From an uncultured Bacteroidales bacterium (lineage in GTDB: Bacteria > Bacteroidota > Bacteroidia > Bacteroidales > JAGOPY01): DNA of 64,000 bases. The notes beneath the pieces are model-generated. The model was not told the DNA's origin. It was given only the letters and a program-made list of their open reading frames with translations, and made no database searches. The DNA lies in contig CAWBCI010000042.1 of assembly GCA_963787195.1 (NCBI GenBank), positions 18,990 to 82,989 on the forward strand, written 5' to 3'. Made by a program: the position numbers and the translations under genes. Position 1 is the first letter of the stretch; each line of letters starts with the position of its first letter. Positions 19,207-28,485 of the stretch are shown here, in pieces.

Positions 19207-22200
19207 TTTTACGGATGCTGACAGTGGTATTGTACTCTTCGGTCAATTCTACCGGGACTTTTTCACTATCCTCGATCCGTTCAACCAAATCCAACGATTC
19301 TGCCAGAGTTTCTGAACAAATGTACGAAAAATTGTTTCTTATCGCTAAGTCAAGATAATTCAATTTTTCGACCTGAACCCTTATCTTATCAGTAACCTCA
19401 AAACCCTTGTCTTTCCTGATATTCTGTATGCGATTCACGAGTTCTCTGGCAAGTCCTTCCTGCTTGAGTTCTTCCGTGATGTTAACGTCAAGTGCAACTG
19501 TTAAATTGCCCGTGCCGGCGATCAGCCAACCAGGGATATCTTCGGTACTTATTTCAACATCTTCCAGGCTGATTTCGACTTCCTGCCCTTCCAGGTTCAA
19601 AAGAAAGGCCTGTTCATTTTCGATCCTGACAATGTCCTCCTGGCTAAAGGAATTCACAGCGGTACTTATTTGTTTCATCAGTTTCCCGTATTTTGGCCCC
19701 AGGGTCTTGAAATTCGGTTTTATCTTTTTAACCAGTATACCTGCCGTATCGCTAAGATATTCAGCCTGCTTTACATTAACTTCAGTAAGGATAAGGTTTT
19801 CAACTGCTTCTAAATGCTTTCTGAATTTCTCATCCGGCACCGGGATCATGATCTTGTTCAAAGGCTGACGGACCCTGATATTGGATCTCTTACGGAGCGA
19901 CAATATCATAGAGGAGAATTTCTGGGCAAGTTCCATTCTTTCCTCCAAATCCTTATCAATAATGCTTAAATCGGCAACCGGAAAATCGCTAAGATGTATC
20001 GAATCAGTCTGCTGTCTGCCCGATACAGTGTTCAGGTCCAGGAATAATTTTTCACTGAATGAAGGGGCTATGGGACTCATGAGCTGGGCCACCACTTCAA
20101 GACACTGATAAAGGGTCTGATAAGCCGCGATCTTGTCATGGCTGTAATCTCCCTTCCAGAAACGCCTGCGACTCAAGCGCACATACCAGTTACTGAGGTG
20201 ATCGCCTACAAATTCCTGAATAGCCCTTCCGGCTTTGGTAGGTTCATAATCAGCATAAAACTCATCCACTTTCAGAATGAGTGAGTTTAATTCCGAAAGT
20301 ATCCAGCGGTCAATCTCCGGACGCTCAGTATAAGGCACTTCATCTTCAGAATATGTAAAACCATCAATGTTCGCGTAAAGTGCAAAAAACGCATAGGTAT
20401 TATATAAAGTTCCGAAGAATTTCCGCTGCACCTCAACGATGCCATCGGTATCAAATTTGAGATTGTCCCAGGGTTGTGAATTGGTCATCATATACCAGCG
20501 GGTAGCGTCGGGACCATATTTTTCAAGGGTTTCGAAAGGATCGGCCGCATTTCCAAGCCGTTTCGACATTTTGTTTCCTTCTTTATCCAGGACCAGTCCG
20601 TTCGACACACAAGTTTTATAGGATACATCGTCGAAAAGCATCACAGCAATGGCATGAAGGGTGAAAAACCATCCTCTTGTCTGGTCCACTCCCTCTGCTA
20701 TGAAATCAGCAGGGAAATAATGCTGCAGTTCCTTATTCTCGAAAGGATAGTGAAACTGCGCGTAGGGCATGGCGCCTGAGTCAAACCAAACGTCTATCAG
20801 GTCAAGCTCCCTGAACATTTTTTTCCCATTCTCCGAAACCAGTACAATATTGTCAACATAGGGCCTGTGAAGGTCGAAAATATTATAATTATCCGAGGAA
20901 TTATCTCCCGGTATAAAATTTTCCAGAGGATTCTTATCCATGTATCCGGCCTCCACTGATTTCCCTATCTGGAACTTGAGTTCTTCAACAGAACCTATGC
21001 AGTGTATCTCGCTGCGATCTTCAGTAGCCCAAATCGGAAGGGGAGTCCCCCAGTAACGGGAACGTGAAAGGTTCCAGTCGACCAGGTTTTCCAGCCAGTT
21101 TCCAAAACGGCCCGTTCCGGTTGAAGCAGGTTTCCAGTTGATGGTCCTGTTCAGTTCTATCATCTTATCCTTATAAGCGGTGGTCCGGATAAACCAGGAA
21201 TCCAGCGGATAATAAAGGATAGGCTTGTCAGTCCTCCAGCAATGTGGATAGGAGTGCTCGTATTTTTCAGTTTTGAAAGCCTTGTTCTCTTTTTTCAGCT
21301 TTACAACGATCTTCAGGTCGGTGCTTTCATCTTTCGCCTGGTCAAAATCAGGGTCATATTCCCATTTCACGAACTTCCCGGCAAATTCTCCCATGGTTTC
21401 TATGAACCTTCCGGTCTTGTCGACCATGGTCAGTGAGCCTATATCGTTTTCGCGGGCCACTTTGAAGTCGTCAGCGCCGAAACTGGGTGCAATATGAACA
21501 ATACCCGTCCCGTCTTCAGTGGTCACAAAATCTCCGGCTACAACTTTAAAAGCATCCCCTTCCTCTGGTTGAGCGTAAGGCAATAATTGTTCATAACGCA
21601 AGCCAACCAGTTGGGAGCCCTTGAAACTATCTATAACTTCATAAGGAATTGCCTTTTGTCCTGCTTCGTATTCTTCCAGTTTCAGTTCCGCGTTTTTCTC
21701 CGGGAAAAGGCTATGGAGCAGGTCTTTCGCCATTATAATCGTAATCGGAAGGTAGGTATAGGGATTATAAGTCTTAACCCTGACATATTCTATTTTCTTC
21801 CCTACTGCCAGAGCAGTGTTGGAAGGGAGGGTCCAGGGAGTGGTGGTCCAGGCAAGAAAGAAGACTTCCCCGAAAGCATTTTCAAAAAGAAATTCGGCAT
21901 TTTCCGTTTCTATGGCCTTGAATTGGGCAGTGACCGTGAGGTCCTTTACTGTTTTATATGCTCCCGGAAGATTCAGCTCGTGGGAACTCAGTCCGGTTCC
22001 GGCAGCAGGAGAATAAGGCTGTATAGTATAACCCTTGTACAGTAGTCCTTTTTCGTAAAGCTTTTTCAGGAGGTGCCATACCGATTCAATATATTTATTG
22101 TCAAAAGTGATGTAAGGATGTTCAAGATCAACCCAGTATCCCATTTTAACGGTCAGATCATCCCAAAGGTCCTTGTATTTCATGACCTCCTGCCGGCAGG

Positions 22201-22561
22201 TATTGTTATATTCCTCCACCGATATTTTCTTCCCGATATCATCCTTGGTGATGCCAAGGCTCTGTTCCACACTTATTTCCACAGGAAGACCATGGGTGTC
22301 CCATCCGGCTTTGCGGAGGACCAGATTGCCTTTCAGGGTTTTATAACGGCAAAAGATGTCCTTGATAGCACGGGCCATCACATGGTGGATGCCCGGTTTT
22401 CCATTCGCTGAAGGAGGTCCTTCATAAAATACAAATTCAGGCTTCCCCTGCCGGATCTCAATGCTTTTTTCAAAAGTCTTGTGATCGGCCCAGTAATCAT
22501 TTACTTCCTTTGCTATCCTTGTTAAGTTTAGCTCTTTATATTCTTCATATTTCCGTTTCAT
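19199..22561 (-). CDS. ileS: Isoleucine--tRNA ligase
   Basis: ~1,120 aa; class I aaRS motifs (PPSANGKPGIHH, KMSKRLGN). Start assigned to ATG 22561 (MKRKYEEYKEL) because a -7 box overlaps the upstream TTG at 22603. Confidence 0.95.
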   Translation of the reverse strand: MKRKYEEYKELNLTRIAKEVNDYWADHKTFEKSIEIRQGKPEFVFYEGPPSANGKPGIHHVMARAIKDIFCRYKTLKGNLVLRKAGWDTHGLPVEISVEQSLGITKDDIGKKISVEEYNNTCRQEVMKYKDLWDDLTVKMGYWVDLEHPYITFDNKYIESVWHLLKKLYEKGLLYKGYTIQPYSPAAGTGLSSHELNLPGAYKTVKDLTVTAQFKAIETENAEFLFENAFGEVFFLAWTTTPWTLPSNTALAVGKKIEYVRVKTYNPYTYLPITIIMAKDLLHSLFPEKNAELKLEEYEAGQKAIPYEVIDSFKGSQLVGLRYEQLLPYAQPEEGDAFKVVAGDFVTTEDGTGIVHIAPSFGADDFKVARENDIGSLTMVDKTGRFIETMGEFAGKFVKWEYDPDFDQAKDESTDLKIVVKLKKENKAFKTEKYEHSYPHCWRTDKPILYYPLDSWFIRTTAYKDKMIELNRTINWKPASTGTGRFGNWLENLVDWNLSRSRYWGTPLPIWATEDRSEIHCIGSVEELKFQIGKSVEAGYMDKNPLENFIPGDNSSDNYNIFDLHRPYVDNIVLVSENGKKMFRELDLIDVWFDSGAMPYAQFHYPFENKELQHYFPADFIAEGVDQTRGWFFTLHAIAVMLFDDVSYKTCVSNGLVLDKEGNKMSKRLGNAADPFETLEKYGPDATRWYMMTNSQPWDNLKFDTDGIVEVQRKFFGTLYNTYAFFALYANIDGFTYSEDEVPYTERPEIDRWILSELNSLILKVDEFYADYEPTKAGRAIQEFVGDHLSNWYVRLSRRRFWKGDYSHDKIAAYQTLYQCLEVVAQLMSPIAPSFSEKLFLDLNTVSGRQQTDSIHLSDFPVADLSIIDKDLEERMELAQKFSSMILSLRKRSNIRVRQPLNKIMIPVPDEKFRKHLEAVENLILTEVNVKQAEYLSDTAGILVKKIKPNFKTLGPKYGKLMKQISTAVNSFSQEDIVRIENEQAFLLNLEGQEVEISLEDVEISTEDIPGWLIAGTGNLTVALDVNITEELKQEGLARELVNRIQNIRKDKGFEVTDKIRVQVEKLNYLDLAIRNNFSYICSETLAESLDLVERIEDSEKVPVELTEEYNTTVSIRKID

Positions 22562-22600
22562 CGAGCAGAAATAAAGTCTTGGTTTAGAAAAAATTGGGTG

Positions 22601-22608
22601 CAAAGGTA
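22601..22608 (-). promoter_or_regulatory. Candidate -7 box (TACCTTTG) for ileS
   Basis: Reverse complement matches TAnnTTTG, 40 nt upstream of ATG 22561. Confidence 0.45.
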
Positions 22609-22936
22609 GTAATTTTTTTGAAAATATTTTTATTGATAAGGTAAGGAAGGGAATTTGATTTCAGATTTCAGATGGCGGATTTCAGATTTACGAATTCTTC
22701 ATCTGGACACGACCCTAATAAGGACTAACTTTCGCCATATGTAAACTTAAAATTTGTACATATCTTGGTGAAGCCTTTGAGTTTTGGTGCTTTAGTGGCT
22801 ACAAGGGAACTTTACAAATGGCTGTTTTTCAGATATAGCCACAAAAGCACAAATACACTAAGAATGGTCACCAGGAAAAAAAGTCCATGAGCATTAAAAT
22901 ATTCATAATTAATTCTTCTACCTATATTAATCTCTA

Positions 22937-23293
22937 ATAATTACAGTATCAGAAATTCATACTTTTCATATCATGCCGCTCCTACGGAGCTCCTGAAGAT
23001 TCTTTCTCCCATTATTGCTATAAACATGTCGCGCCTACGGCGCTCGCTTTTGAAGAAATTCTATAATTGGAGGTAAAAAAATCTAAGAATTGATACAATT
23101 TCAGCCTTATACTCTTCTCATTTGGAGCTATTTGGCATAAAATTATAGAATTGTTTCTATAATCTTGTCCGACTATTTAGGGGGCTAAAACAGTACTTGA
23201 GCTGCGTAGCAGCGACATGTATATAGAATGTTGCAAGAAATATAAAATCAAGAGCTGCGTAGCAGCGGCACAATTAACTTCAGACAGAGGAAA
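22937..23293 (-). repeat. Dispersed repeat family B, copy 1 (dyad-symmetric, four 13-nt hairpins)
   Basis: Aligns in reverse orientation to 62289-62578. Hairpins lie at 22978-22990 (GCTCC-TAC-GGAGC), 23031-23043 (GCGCC-TAC-GGCGC), 23191-23203 and 23254-23266 (GCTGC-GTA-GCAGC). Confidence 0.8.
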
Positions 23294-23426
23294 TTTAAAG
23301 TAGATTAGTTGGAAAAGTTAAGTTAACGCAATTCAATAAAACACCTTAAAACTGATCAACTTAAATTTTGCATTTTGAATTTTGAACTTTGAACTGTTCG
23401 CGATATCCAAATCCCGAAAAATCCCC

Positions 23427-23434
23427 TAATTTTG
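23427..23434 (+). promoter_or_regulatory. Candidate -7 box (TAATTTTG) for glnS
   Basis: Matches TAnnTTTG, 32 nt upstream of ATG 23466. Confidence 0.45.
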
Positions 23435-23465
23435 CACTTCTTTTGATAAACAGACTTAAATACTT

Positions 23466-25168
23466 ATGGATACAAATAATCTGAATGAGGAGAAGGCTGC
23501 CCGGCCCCTGAATTTTATTGAATCTATCATAGAGGAAGATATCAGGAATGGCAAGAACAATGCAAGAGTACATACCCGTTTCCCGCCTGAGCCGAATGGT
23601 TACCTGCACATCGGCCATGCCAAGTCTATCTGCCTGAATTTTGGACTGGCTAACAGATATAATGGAAAAACCAACCTTCGTTTCGACGATACCAATCCTT
23701 CCAAGGAAGAACAGGAATACGTGGATTCTATAAAGAAAGATATACAATGGCTGGGTTTTGACTGGGAAGACCGGTTATTTTTCGCATCCGATTATTTTGA
23801 ACAGCTTTACGATTGGGCCCTGATGTTTATTAAGGAGGGAAAGGCCTATGTTGATGACCAGTCGGCCGATGAGATCAGCGCCCAGCGCGGCACTCCTACC
23901 CAGGCAGGGAAGGAGAGCCCTTTCCGGAACCGCAGCGTCGAAGAAAACCTGGATCTTTTTAAAGAATGAGAAAGGGCGAATTCCCGAACGGCGCCCGGGT
24001 TCTCCGGGCCAAAACCGGCATGGCTTCCCCCAATATGCATATGCGCGATCCCATACTTTACCGCATCATGCATTCAAGCCATCACCGCACAGGCGATAAA
24101 TGGTGCATCTATCCTATGTATGACTATGCTCACGGGCAGAGCGATTTCCTGGAAGGCATCACCCATTCCATCTGTACCCTGGAATTTGAAGTGCACCGCC
24201 CCCTCTACGACTGGTTCCTTGACCAGATCGTGAAGGACAAAGATGCATACAGGCCCCGGCAGATAGAATTTGCCCGCCTGAACCTGAATTATACCGTGAT
24301 GAGCAAGCGTTTGCTCCTGGAACTGGTGCGAGACAAGCACGTGAAAGGCTGGGACGACCCCCGCATGCCTACTATTTCGGGGCTTAGAAGAAGGGGATAT
24401 ACACCTGAATCCATCCGTAATTTTTCGGATACCATCGGGGTGGCAAAACGTGATAACGTGATTGACCTGGCGCTCCTGGAGTATAGTGTGAGGGAAGACC
24501 TGAATAAGAAAGCTCCGCGCGTGATGGGGGTACTTGATCCCCTCAAGCTTGTCATTAGCAATTATCCGGAAGGAAAAGTGGAGGAGATGGAAGCCGAAAA
24601 CAACCCGGAGGATCCCGCTGCTGGCTCAAGGATAATACCTTTCAGCCGGGAACTTTTTATAGAAAAGGATGATTTTATGGAAGATCCCCCGAAGAAATTC
24701 TTCCGCCTTTTCCCGGGAGGCGAGGTCAGGCTAAAAAACGCCTATATAATCAAATGTGAGGAAGTCATAAAAGATGCAGAGGGGAAGATCATCGAAGTGC
24801 GTTGCACTTATGATCCCGAAACAAAGAGCGGCACAGGAAGCACCCGCAAGGTGAAAGGCACCCTGCATTGGGTCTCCGCAGCTCAGGCCCTGCCGGTGGA
24901 AGTCCGCCTCTATGACCGCCTTTTCATGGATCCCGATCCGACCGGCCATGAAGATAAGGACTTCAAGGAATTCATGAACCCCGATTCATTGAAAGTGCTT
25001 TATCCCTGTTATGTCGAACCTTCGGTAAAAGGAGCGGAAGCCCTGAGCCATTTTCAGTTCCAGAGACTGGGTTATTTCAATGTCGATCCGGACAGTACAA
25101 CTGAGCGTATGGTTTTCAACCGGACCGTTCCCTTAAAAGATCCCTGGGGAAAAATGGCGAAGGCGTGA
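23466..25168 (+). CDS. glnS: Glutamine--tRNA ligase, frame broken at about 23965
   Basis: Class I motifs ([20 protein letters not shown]). The two ORF pieces join as ..ENLDLFKE | [16 protein letters not shown].. if one A is restored in aaagaa(a)tgag. Confidence 0.9.
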
Positions 25169-25219
25169 GACGTGAGACGTGAGACGTGAGACGTGAATCG
25201 TGAGACGTGAGACGTGAAT
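25164..25219 (+). repeat. Tandem heptamer array (CGTGAGA)4 CGTGAAT (CGTGAGA)2 CGTGAAT
   Basis: Read directly: eight 7-nt units. The first unit contains the glnS stop codon. Confidence 0.9.
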
Positions 25220-25370
25220 CGATAAAAAATAAATTGAAAGTCGACAATCCCGCTATTCCACCCTCTCCGTTGCGGAGAGGGGGGCAAGGGGGCTGAGGTC
25301 AAGGACGGTGAACAATAGCAAGAGAAATAATATTATCCTAAAAAAAATTATCCTAAAAAGTAAAAATTAT

Positions 25371-25378
25371 TACATTTG
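25371..25378 (+). promoter_or_regulatory. Candidate -7 box (TACATTTG) for tRNA-Gln
   Basis: Matches TAnnTTTG, 11 nt upstream of the tRNA 5' end. Confidence 0.5.
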
Positions 25379-25388
25379 CCCCCTCAAT

Positions 25389-25461
25389 TGCCCGATGGTG
25401 TAATTGGCAACACGTCTGACTCTGAATCAGAAGAGTTCAGGTTCGACCCCTGATCGGGCAA
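25389..25461 (+). tRNA. tRNA-Gln (anticodon CTG)
   Basis: Manual fold: acceptor TGCCCGA/TCGGGCA, anticodon stem TCTGA/TCAGA with loop CTCTGAA, T arm TCAGG-TTCGACC-CCTGA, discriminator A. Confidence 0.9.
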
Positions 25462-25466
25462 CAGGC

Positions 25467-25499
25467 TAAAAAGCCCGCGCATTTCTGCGCGGGCTTTTT
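25467..25499 (+). terminator. Rho-independent terminator after tRNA-Gln
   Basis: AGCCCGCGC-ATTTCT-GCGCGGGCT followed by TTTTT. Confidence 0.7.
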
Positions 25500-25687
25500 C
25501 ATTTCAGATTGACGATTTCTGATTTCAGATTGACAAGCTTAGGAGTATATTCCTGTATCGATCTTATACCTTGATCCGAATTCTGCTTTACAAAATTCCG
25601 TAATCAATTTTCAATTGGCCTCATTGTGAAATGCTATTGTGAAATGAAGTTGTATATTTAAGATCCAATTTAAGCGGATCATAAATT

Positions 25688-27130
25688 ATGAAAAAAGCAA
25701 GTCTTATCATTATTAGTATCTCCTTGCTTATTTTCTCTTCCTGTATGAAGAAAGAACAGAACTCCAGGGTCATAATTAGTGGAAAGATTAAGAACCCGGT
25801 TTCTGAAATGGTCTCCTTTTCTGTCCCAGGTATCACAGGAACCTATCTATCAGATACTGCCCTGTTGGATGAGCAGGGTGAATTCAAAACGAGTTTTGAG
25901 CTTGATAAATGCCGGCCTGTAGTATTCACAGTGGGTGAGAAAATTTCGTATATGTATCTCTGTCCGGGAGATTCCATCCATATTAGCCTGAACGCCGAAG
26001 CTTTCGATGAAATCATTAAGTATGAGGGTGTAGGGGCTGAAAAGAATAATTTCATGGCGGAATACTTCATTAAATACGAAGATTTACAGAACCAGGATAT
26101 CCCCGACTTTTACGCCTTAAGAGACACAATGCCCGGTGTTTTTATGGCTATGGCTGAAAAGCAAAAGTCAGATGCTACGGCATTTCTGAATAAAGCCATG
26201 GAACAAAACAACTTCCCACAGACATTTATTTCCTATATGAAAACAAGGATATATTTCAGCTGGGTTAACAACCTTCAGATGTTTGACCTCAGAATTGGCA
26301 ACGATACTTCAGAGAATATTAAGTCATGGAACAGGAAAATTCATAGGATCATTACCGATGCAGCAAAGTTCAAAGATTCAGATTATTTAGCCCAGGAATA
26401 TCAAAGCTGGCTTACCTATATACTCGGGAGCAACATCTATAAGCAAATTTATGATTCTATACCGAAGTACGATAGGAGAATCTATGATTCTTTGCTGTAT
26501 AAATGTATGGAAAGTATCCTGACACCTTATGCCATGCAGCTCTACATTTATAAAACAGCTGTTGGTTATGCTGAACGCCAAGAGTTAGAGCATTATAAAA
26601 GTTTAATGCCTGAGATCGGGAAATATGTCACCGATACGATATTGAAAAAAGACTTGGAGGATAAATACGATGAAAAGCTGTTTAAACTCAACCAGGCTTT
26701 GCCTGAATACACGGTTTTATACAACCTGGATGATGAGGACTTGCAATCGCTGACATTGGATAATGTTCTGGCAAAATACAAAGGCAAGGTAATCTACCTC
26801 GACTTTTGGTCATACTGGTGCGGGCCCTGTAAGGCCGAAATGCCGAATTCGGCTTCGCTTGCAAAAAAGCTGAAAGATGAAGAAGTTGTATTTCTTTATG
26901 TGAATGTTGACAATGATGCCGCTTTATGGGAAAATATGATCCGGATCTTGCACTTGCATGGAATACATTATCGTCTGGGCAGGAATACCAGCAAGCCGGC
27001 GCTTGAAAAATATGATGTTCTATATATCCCGCATTATGTCCTGTTCGACATGGAGGGCCAGTTGGTGAAGAACAACATGTCAAGCCCCGGTGATCCTGAA
27101 ACTGAAAAGATGATCAGAGAACTTTTGTGA
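25688..27130 (+). CDS. TlpA-like thiol:disulfide oxidoreductase lipoprotein (C-terminal thioredoxin domain)
   Basis: 480 aa; lipobox (LIFSSC); C-terminal thioredoxin fold with the WCGPC active site. Confidence 0.75.
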   Translation: MKKASLIIISISLLIFSSCMKKEQNSRVIISGKIKNPVSEMVSFSVPGITGTYLSDTALLDEQGEFKTSFELDKCRPVVFTVGEKISYMYLCPGDSIHISLNAEAFDEIIKYEGVGAEKNNFMAEYFIKYEDLQNQDIPDFYALRDTMPGVFMAMAEKQKSDATAFLNKAMEQNNFPQTFISYMKTRIYFSWVNNLQMFDLRIGNDTSENIKSWNRKIHRIITDAAKFKDSDYLAQEYQSWLTYILGSNIYKQIYDSIPKYDRRIYDSLLYKCMESILTPYAMQLYIYKTAVGYAERQELEHYKSLMPEIGKYVTDTILKKDLEDKYDEKLFKLNQALPEYTVLYNLDDEDLQSLTLDNVLAKYKGKVIYLDFWSYWCGPCKAEMPNSASLAKKLKDEEVVFLYVNVDNDAALWENMIRILHLHGIHYRLGRNTSKPALEKYDVLYIPHYVLFDMEGQLVKNNMSSPGDPETEKMIRELL

Positions 27131-27132
27131 TA

Positions 27133-27431
27133 CATTTCAGATTTCAGAATTTTTATGATGTAAGAAATTTGATTTAGGCTTTTTCGTAATTAAGTGATGA
27201 GGAAGTCACTGATCTGAGTAATTGATTAGTAAGTAAATTGAATATTCCGTCTTTTTTAAATCAAATAAGCTTAAAAGCATTTTCCGAAAGCATAATTAAA
27301 CGTTTTTGAATTTCTATTCTCATTTTAATTTTTCTCATATTTATCTTTTAAAAAAAAATTAAAACTAACGAAATTCAATAAATTTAATTTCTTAAATCAA
27401 TGCTCAATTCGTCAATCTGAAATCTGAAATG
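27133..27431. repeat. Perfect 16-bp inverted repeats (CATTTCAGATTTCAGA / TCTGAAATCTGAAATG) bracketing a 267-bp AT-rich segment
   Basis: Left arm 27133-27148, right arm 27416-27431. The segment lies between the TlpA-like gene and the T9SS cargo gene. Confidence 0.85.
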
Positions 27432-27502
27432 ACATTTCATTTGTATTTTAAAATTCCTTATCTTGCATACTTTAGGCCAAACCTTAACGAACATTTTAAA
27501 TT

Positions 27503-28423
27503 ATGAAAGCAATCATCATTTTAATTTCAGGGCTGTTAATCAGTACTTTGGTTTACCCGCAGGTAAATTATCCCATTCCCCAGAACAGTAACTCTGAATG
27601 GAAAATCTGGAACAGCACCTGGGAGCCTATGCCATTCTGGCAATCAAGCTATGATTTCAGAGTGTTTGTATCAGGGGACACTACGGTTAATGGCAAGGTA
27701 TATAGCAGGCTGTTAAGCTCCGGCTTGCATACTATAGAATATCAGGGGGTAGGGAATTCATGGCCTTTTGAAAACAGTTTCTATGCATTTATTCGCACCG
27801 ATTCGGCCCGTACTTATATGCTTTTGGACGGGCAGGATGAATTGCTCTATGATTTTTCCCTGCATGCCGGCGACACCTTGCCAGAAACTATGATAAATGG
27901 GAATACGGTGGTAATATCCTCAGTCGATTCAGTATTGGTAGATGGTAAATATTTAAAAAGATTTAATATCTACGATTCTATAAACGAAGATTTAATGTCG
28001 CATTGGTATATTGAAGGTATAGGTCATGAATTCGGCCTGATTGAACCAATGTACATGATGCTGGATAACGGAAATGGATTTGAATGTTATGCTGAAGACT
28101 ATGTCCCGCTTTTTCCCGAAGGAAGCACCTGTGACCTTACGGTAGGTATCGATGAAAACTCCCCCGTAGAAATGATGATCAATGTTTATCCGAATCCTTC
28201 AAAAGGAAAGATTACTCTTTCATTTAATTCTGATTATGAAAAAAATATTAATCTGAAAATAGTTGGAATACTGGGTGAAACCCTTGTGGATACTCCCTGG
28301 AAGCTTAATAAAGGATTGAATGAAATGAAACTGGATTTATCATCGGCAGAAACAGGAATTTTTACAGCGATTTTACAGAACGGGACCTTCTTCATCCAAA
28401 AGAAATTTATGCTTGTTAATTAA
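27503..28423 (+). CDS. Secreted protein with T9SS type A C-terminal sorting domain
   Basis: 306 aa; signal peptide; C-terminal Por_Secre_tail-like segment (VYPNPSKGKITLSF...GIFTAILQNG..). Confidence 0.75.
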   Translation: MKAIIILISGLLISTLVYPQVNYPIPQNSNSEWKIWNSTWEPMPFWQSSYDFRVFVSGDTTVNGKVYSRLLSSGLHTIEYQGVGNSWPFENSFYAFIRTDSARTYMLLDGQDELLYDFSLHAGDTLPETMINGNTVVISSVDSVLVDGKYLKRFNIYDSINEDLMSHWYIEGIGHEFGLIEPMYMMLDNGNGFECYAEDYVPLFPEGSTCDLTVGIDENSPVEMMINVYPNPSKGKITLSFNSDYEKNINLKIVGILGETLVDTPWKLNKGLNEMKLDLSSAETGIFTAILQNGTFFIQKKFMLVN

Positions 28424-28485
28424 CAATTTATTGAAGGTTGAAGGATTGAAGGTAGGAGAATGAAAATGAATAATTTACAGCAAAA

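Noticed and set aside
19407-22411. Multiple 60-150 aa ORFs on the + strand inside ileS. Similar antisense ORFs lie inside glmS, prs, the adhesin, the ankyrin gene and others.
   Set aside because: All are fully embedded antisense to long, well-supported genes, and their products are Ser/Leu/Arg-rich shadow translations.
22975-23270. Possible CRISPR-like array, because short palindromic units recur at 53-63 bp spacing.
   Set aside because: There are only two units per orientation, and the two halves are inverted relative to each other. The 'spacers' are themselves conserved between copies at 22.9 and 62.3 kb. No cas genes are present.
25072-25302. 76-aa minus-strand ORF overlapping the glnS 3' end.
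   Set aside because: Its central part (..[16 protein letters not shown]..) is just the reverse translation of the CGTGAGA heptamer array.
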